This document shows, piece by piece, positions 17,107 through 21,946 of a stretch of DNA of 21,946 bases. Numbering within the stretch: position 1 is the stretch's first letter; every line of letters begins with the position of its first letter. The DNA is taken from the NCBI GenBank assembly GCA_046484245.1, contig JAWOBN010000025.1, forward strand, positions 1 to 21,946, in the 5' to 3' direction. Made by a program: the position numbers and the translations under genes. This DNA comes from a bacterium (lineage in GTDB: Bacteria > Hydrothermota > 32-111). The notes beneath the pieces were generated by a model. That model worked only from the letters and a program-made list of their open reading frames with translations, ran no database searches and had not been told where the DNA came from.

Positions 17107-18350
17107 ATAATCAGATTGTCCGCGACAGACAGATAAGGAAATTCTCCTACTATGGTTTCTTCAAGAACCTCAAATTCTTTGAACCGTATTTCTTCATATA
17201 TCTGCTCTCGCATGATTACAATCTCTTCTACATAGGCATAATATTTGCAGTCAAGAAGCTCACTGTGTATATACTGGAGATCCCCAGTGGTGCATTTGCC
17301 GATAATTTCGGTAGAAAGACAGCAATGATAATATCCTTCATTGCCTATATGGCATCATTTGTACTCTTCTTTGCAAGTTCAAATCTTATTGTGCTGATTA
17401 TCGGCATGATACTCCTGGGAACAGGGGATGCATTCAGGACAGGTACTCATAAGGCGATTATAATGGATTATCTTGATAGAATGCAGTGGTCGGAGCACAA
17501 GACAGCAGTTTACGGCAGAACGAGATCATTCTCCCTTATCGGCTCTGCACTGTCAGCATTTGCATCAATTGTCTTTGTGCTTAATATACCTGCACTGAGA
17601 TGGATATTCTTATTGACACTTGTGCCTTATGTGATTGATTTTCTGCTGATACTTTCATATCCCGGTTATCTCAATACAAAGAGAGACAGATCCCGAAAGG
17701 TGTCAGTACTCGGTCAGATAAGGGAATCCTTCAGGGAGATTGCAGATAACAGGCATCTGGGTATTCATATTACAGCATCATCCGTCTTTGACGGTGTATT
17801 TGATATATTGAAGGATTATATTCAGCCCATACTGCAGACAATGGTTATTGCAGGCAGTGTGCTGATAATAGGAGAATTCTCAGCAGATGACAGTACATTG
17901 ATTATTCTGGGAATACTCTACGGCATCTTCAATCTTGTTTCATCATTCTCATCAAGGAATGCTTATAAATTAAGATCTCTCACCGGTACTGCCAATTTGA
18001 TAAACAGCCTGTTTATTACGGGAGCACTGATTATTCTTGTAATGTCGCCTGTGATTGTCAATAACAGAATTCTGATACTTATTGCCTGCTTCGCGATACT
18101 GCACATTATTAAAAACATCAGAAGACCGCTGATAATCGGATATCTGGGTGACCATATGAGGAGTGAGAACAGGGCTACAATACTGTCAGGAGAGAGTCAG
18201 CTGAAAGCCATTACAGCTGCACTATGGGCTCCTGCTGCAGGATTCATTGCAGAGTACAGCGGTGTGGGCTATGTATTCCTCTTCACAGGCATCATATTCC
18301 TCTTGATGGGTATATTGACTGTATTCCTGCAGAAGAGACTGCCTGCATAA
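17103..18350 (+). CDS. MFS transporter
   Basis: EIPSGAFADNFGRK motif A, RATILS, about 12 hydrophobic segments. Confidence 0.9.
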   Translation: MNNQIVRDRQIRKFSYYGFFKNLKFFEPYFFIYLLSHDYNLFYIGIIFAVKKLTVYILEIPSGAFADNFGRKTAMIISFIAYMASFVLFFASSNLIVLIIGMILLGTGDAFRTGTHKAIIMDYLDRMQWSEHKTAVYGRTRSFSLIGSALSAFASIVFVLNIPALRWIFLLTLVPYVIDFLLILSYPGYLNTKRDRSRKVSVLGQIRESFREIADNRHLGIHITASSVFDGVFDILKDYIQPILQTMVIAGSVLIIGEFSADDSTLIILGILYGIFNLVSSFSSRNAYKLRSLTGTANLINSLFITGALIILVMSPVIVNNRILILIACFAILHIIKNIRRPLIIGYLGDHMRSENRATILSGESQLKAITAALWAPAAGFIAEYSGVGYVFLFTGIIFLLMGILTVFLQKRLPA

Positions 18351-18383
18351 GCAGTGAACAGCAATATTTTAAATTTTGATTCT

Positions 18384-18802
18384 TCTCCAGAAGGATTGGT
18401 AAAAAGAGATGCAGAATAAATGGAATATGACTTCTCAATGAACGAAGTGTGAAATATTAGACAGTAAATCAGAAAATGACCGGAAACACCCCCTAACCCC
18501 CGATATTTATGCAATTACATAACATTTTTCCAATTCCCGGGGACAGCCCTTCACATTCTTCACGTTTTACAAAATGAGAGAAATTTAAATACAGAAATAA
18601 TTAAACTTAGAAAATAAGATATTGTAAGCTCCGGAATAATCAAACATAATTGTGAAAGATGTAAAGGGCTGTCCCCGGGATTTGGAGGGTGGTTTTGACA
18701 AAATACGGGGAAAGGGACAGTGGTTGAAATTGGATTTAAGATGCATCCAATTCATAATGTATGATAATCCTGAACGGATAAATCAATCAATCCTTCCGGA
18801 GA
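18384..18802. repeat. Outer 15-bp inverted repeat pair (18384-18398 / 18788-18802)
   Basis: tctccagaaggattg versus the reverse complement of caatccttccggaga (tctccggaaggattg): 14/15 match. Confidence 0.6.
18529..18686. repeat. 35-bp inverted repeat pair (18529-18563 / 18652-18686) around an 88-bp AT-rich spacer; candidate invertible promoter
   Basis: tccaattcccggggacagcccttcacattcttcac versus the reverse complement of the right arm, tccaaatcccggggacagccctttacatctttcac: 31/35 with a 17-bp perfect core. Confidence 0.9.
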
Positions 18803-18835
18803 CTATACAATTTTATTTATAACATAATGTTTCCA

Positions 18836-18863
18836 TTGAAAAATTATTATTAGATTGTATAAT
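18836..18863 (+). promoter_or_regulatory. Sigma70-type promoter for hutH-hutU
   Basis: TTGAAA (18836-18841), 16 bp, TATAAT (18858-18863). SD AAAGGAG precedes ATG 18887. Confidence 0.7.
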
Positions 18864-18886
18864 ATTTATTCAATAAAGGAGAAATA

Positions 18887-20407
18887 ATGATTAAACTAAG
18901 CGGTGATAATCTAAATATTGATAAATACAGGAAGATAGTATTTGAGAATGAGAAAGTATCAATAACAGACAGTGCTGAAGAGAATGTTGCTCAAGCCAGG
19001 AAACTTATAGACACAATAGTTGACAGTAATGAAAAGGTCTATGGTGTCACAACGGGATTCGGTAAACTCGTTGATGTAAGCATTCCCCCCGGTAAACTCA
19101 AATTGCTTCAGAAGAATATCATCAGGTCCCACAGTGCAGGAACAGGAAGCCCCTTTGATTATGAAACAGTGAGAGGCGCCATACTGCTGAGGATAAATAC
19201 TGTTATCAGGGGCAACAGCGGGCTTTCAGCAAAAACACTTAAAACATATCTGGAGATGCTCAACACCGGATTATACCCCTATGTGCCCTCAAAGGGCTCA
19301 GTGGGTGCAAGCGGCGATCTTGCCCCTCTGTCGCATATTGCCCTTGCTGCTATGGGTGAAGGCGAGTTTATTGAAAATGGGAAAAGGGAGCCTGCTTCAG
19401 AGGTCCTGAACCGCTACTCCATTGAACCCATTGACCCCCTTCCCAAAGAGGGTCTCTGTCTGGTCAATGGCACACAGTTCATGACAGCTCTGGGCGCAAA
19501 TGCAATGATAAGAGGCAAGACAATCCTCAAGACAGCTGACATTGCAGCAGCAGTTTCTGTTGACGGGCTGCTCGGTTCAATGAGGCAGTTCGCAGCCGAT
19601 ATTCAATTATCAAGGAATCAGAGGGGGCAGCAGGATTCTGCAGCCAATATAAGGGCAATACTGAAGGGCAGCAGCATCAATGAATCACACAGGGGATGCG
19701 GGCGCGTTCAGGATCCGTATTCAATACGCTGCTCACCCCAGGTGCACGGTGCTGTGAGGGATGCCTATGATTATGCATTTGATATTATTGAAAGAGAGAT
19801 GAATTCATCAACAGACAATCCCCTTGTATTTGCAGGGGAGGGTGATGTTGTGTCAGGCGGTAATTTCCACGGTGAGACAATTGCAATTCCCCTGGATACA
19901 ATGAAGATTGCTTTCAGTGAACTGGCGAACATATCAGACAGGAGACTCTATCTGCTGATGGACAGCAGCAAAACCGGTCTCCCGCCGTTTCTCGCATCTG
20001 AACCGGGTATTAACAGCGGGTTCATGATGCTCCAGGTGACAACTGCCTCTCTCGTATCTGAGAATAAGGTCCTGTCTCATCCTTCTTCTGTTGATTCCAT
20101 ACCGACATCCTCAGGTCAGGAAGACCATGTGTCCATGGGCACAATATCAGGCAGGCATCTGACGGAAATACTCGGCAATGTTGAAACAGTGCTGGGCATT
20201 GAACTGCTTGCAGGCATCAATGCAGTGAAGATGAGAGAACCCCTCTCCTCATCAGCACCTGTGGAGGCACTGAAATCCCTTATTATGAAAAACATAGAGC
20301 AGGTGAAAACAGACAGGCCATTCTACAGGGATATAGATGCAATAAGGAGAATGATTGCAGATAATACTGTTATTGAAACAATAGAAGAAAGCATAAATCT
20401 AAAGTAA
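18887..20407 (+). CDS. hutH: Histidine ammonia-lyase
   Basis: VYGVTTGFG, SHSAG, MIO motif GSVGASGDLAPLSH, KEGL.LVNGTQ, VQDPYSIRC, SGGNFHG, QEDHVSMG. Confidence 0.97.
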   Translation: MIKLSGDNLNIDKYRKIVFENEKVSITDSAEENVAQARKLIDTIVDSNEKVYGVTTGFGKLVDVSIPPGKLKLLQKNIIRSHSAGTGSPFDYETVRGAILLRINTVIRGNSGLSAKTLKTYLEMLNTGLYPYVPSKGSVGASGDLAPLSHIALAAMGEGEFIENGKREPASEVLNRYSIEPIDPLPKEGLCLVNGTQFMTALGANAMIRGKTILKTADIAAAVSVDGLLGSMRQFAADIQLSRNQRGQQDSAANIRAILKGSSINESHRGCGRVQDPYSIRCSPQVHGAVRDAYDYAFDIIEREMNSSTDNPLVFAGEGDVVSGGNFHGETIAIPLDTMKIAFSELANISDRRLYLLMDSSKTGLPPFLASEPGINSGFMMLQVTTASLVSENKVLSHPSSVDSIPTSSGQEDHVSMGTISGRHLTEILGNVETVLGIELLAGINAVKMREPLSSSAPVEALKSLIMKNIEQVKTDRPFYRDIDAIRRMIADNTVIETIEESINLK

Positions 20408-20416
20408 GGAGTTATT

Positions 20417-21946
20417 ATGAGTGAATATAAACCGGTAAAATCGCCGACAGGCACTGATATATCCTGCAAATCATGGCAGACAGAAGCACCGATGAGAATG
20501 CTGATGAATAATCTGGATCCGGAAGTTGCAAAGGACCCGAGAAATCTGATTGTATATGGAGGCAGGGGCAAGGCTGCGAGGAATTGGGAATCGTATCACA
20601 AGATAATTGAAACACTCAGGGAACTGAAGGATGACGAGACACTGCTCATGCAGTCAGGCAAGCCTGTAGGTGTCTTCACGACGCATCCGTGGGCTCCCCG
20701 CGTATTGATAACAAACACCCTGCTTGTCCCCAAATGGGCAACATTTGAGGAATTCTCACGACTGGAGTCCATGGGGCTTACTGTTTACGGACAGATGACA
20801 GCAGGTTCATGGATATATATCGGGACTCAGGGCATACTCCAGGGGACTTACGAAACAGTCGGCGCAATAGCAGAGAAGGAATACGGCAGTACACTGAAGG
20901 GCAAATGGGTGCTCACTGCAGGACTCGGAGAGATGTCGGGAGCACAGCCCCTTGCTGTGACAATGAATGAGGGTGTAGCCATTGTGGTGGAGATTGATGA
21001 GTCGCATATTGACAGGAAGATTGAAGGCAGATACTGTGACAAGAAGGCAAAGACACTGGATGAAGCATTGAGAATGAAGGATGAAGCCATTAAGAACGGC
21101 GAAGCTGTTTCAATAGGTCTCCATGCCAATATAGCTGATGTAATGCCCGAACTTGTCAAGAGGGATATTGTTCCGGATATTATAACAGACCAGACATCAG
21201 CCCATGACCCGCTCTACGGTTATTATCCTGCAGGATACACTGTGGAGGAGGCTGACAAACTGCGGGAGAATGACAAGGACAAATACCTCAAGGAGGTCTA
21301 TGCTTCAATAGCAAGACATGTGGAGGCAATTCTCGCAATGCAGGAAAAGGGTGCAAGGGTCTTTGAATACGGCAATAATCTCAGGCAGCGCGCATATGAC
21401 AATGGTGTGAAGAATGCCTTTGACATCACGGGTTATGTGCCTGCATATATCAGGGATCTATTCTGCGAGGGCAGCGGACCATTCCGCTGGGCAGCACTCT
21501 CCGGTGATCCTGAGGATATATACAAGACAGACAGGAAACTGCTTGAAACATTTCCGGGCAACAGGCATCTGGAAAAATGGATCAATATGGCTCATGAGAA
21601 AGTCAAATTCCAGGGTCTTCCGTCAAGAATATGCTGGCTTGCACAGGGTGAGAGGGCTCTATTCGGTGACATAATAAATGACATGGTCAAGAAAGGCGAA
21701 TTGAAGGCTCCTGTTGTAATAGGCAGAGACCATCATGATACAGGCGGTGCAGCACCACCGAACAGGGAGACAGAGGCAATGAAGGACGGCAGTGATGCAA
21801 TTGCAGACTGGCCTGTCCTCAATGCAATGCTCAATGTCGCCTCAGGGGCAACATGGGTTTCAGTGCATCACGGCGGCGGTGTAGGCATAGGTTACTCCAT
21901 TCATTCCGGACAGGTTGTACTTGCTGACGGTACAGACTCTCAGGGA
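20417..21946 (+). CDS. hutU: Urocanate hydratase; 3' end runs off the window
   Basis: Translated by hand from ATG 20417 after [91 protein letters not shown]. Confidence 0.97.
   Translation, partial: MSEYKPVKSPTGTDISCKSWQTEAPMRMLMNNLDPEVAKDPRNLIVYGGRGKAARNWESYHKIIETLRELKDDETLLMQSGKPVGVFTTHPWAPRVLITNTLLVPKWATFEEFSRLESMGLTVYGQMTAGSWIYIGTQGILQGTYETVGAIAEKEYGSTLKGKWVLTAGLGEMSGAQPLAVTMNEGVAIVVEIDESHIDRKIEGRYCDKKAKTLDEALRMKDEAIKNGEAVSIGLHANIADVMPELVKRDIVPDIITDQTSAHDPLYGYYPAGYTVEEADKLRENDKDKYLKEVYASIARHVEAILAMQEKGARVFEYGNNLRQRAYDNGVKNAFDITGYVPAYIRDLFCEGSGPFRWAALSGDPEDIYKTDRKLLETFPGNRHLEKWINMAHEKVKFQGLPSRICWLAQGERALFGDIINDMVKKGELKAPVVIGRDHHDTGGAAPPNRETEAMKDGSDAIADWPVLNAMLNVASGATWVSVHHGGGVGIGYSIHSGQVVLADGTDSQG

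Noticed and set aside
18420..18452. Mini-ORF MEYDFSMNEV resembling the EYDFS motif of some antitoxins
   Set aside because: Only 10 codons, with no clear SD and no toxin partner.
18465..18495. Minus-strand GGGGGTGTTTCCGG resembling a tmRNA 5' end
   Set aside because: It lacks the following TTCGAC, and a full-length tmRNA would run deep into the MFS gene with no tRNA-like 3' end seen.
18269..18514. 81-aa minus-strand ORF
   Set aside because: It overlaps the MFS 3' end antisense and has no SD or recognisable motif.
18804..18861. TATACAAT / ATTGTATA inverted pair as a HutC operator
   Set aside because: The half-sites are 42 bp apart in very AT-rich DNA rather than forming a compact palindrome, and no hutC is in the window.
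1..21946. CRISPR array, tRNA or rRNA genes
   Set aside because: No regularly spaced direct repeats or recognisable RNA gene signatures were seen in any intergenic region.

Overview
Bacterial chromosomal window, roughly 40% GC, probably from an anaerobe. Most of it is housekeeping: a partial secreted GH18 hydrolase with two SH3b repeats, a small membrane peptide, a priming sugar transferase, a CYTH protein, a NeuB-family synthase, an M42 peptidase, an rseC-rnfB(short)-C-D-G-E-A-apbE operon, an operon of DAO-family oxidoreductase, two hypotheticals, a degenerate histidine kinase, patatin and MFS, and hutH-hutU (partial). The standout is an intact RAYT/Y1-transposase-like gene (2600-3415). It has lost the HUH histidines and the catalytic tyrosine but keeps a C-terminal HTH and a good promoter, and it is bracketed by 39-bp inverted repeats. 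A second, gene-less 35-bp inverted-repeat pair upstream of hutH shares the outer motif TCCAAWTCCCRRGGAC, encloses promoter-like DNA and sits inside further nested repeats. Together these suggest a possible domesticated dead-transposase or invertible-DNA system (inference). Seven gene-proximal promoters share a 16-bp -35/-10 spacer, and four look leaderless.
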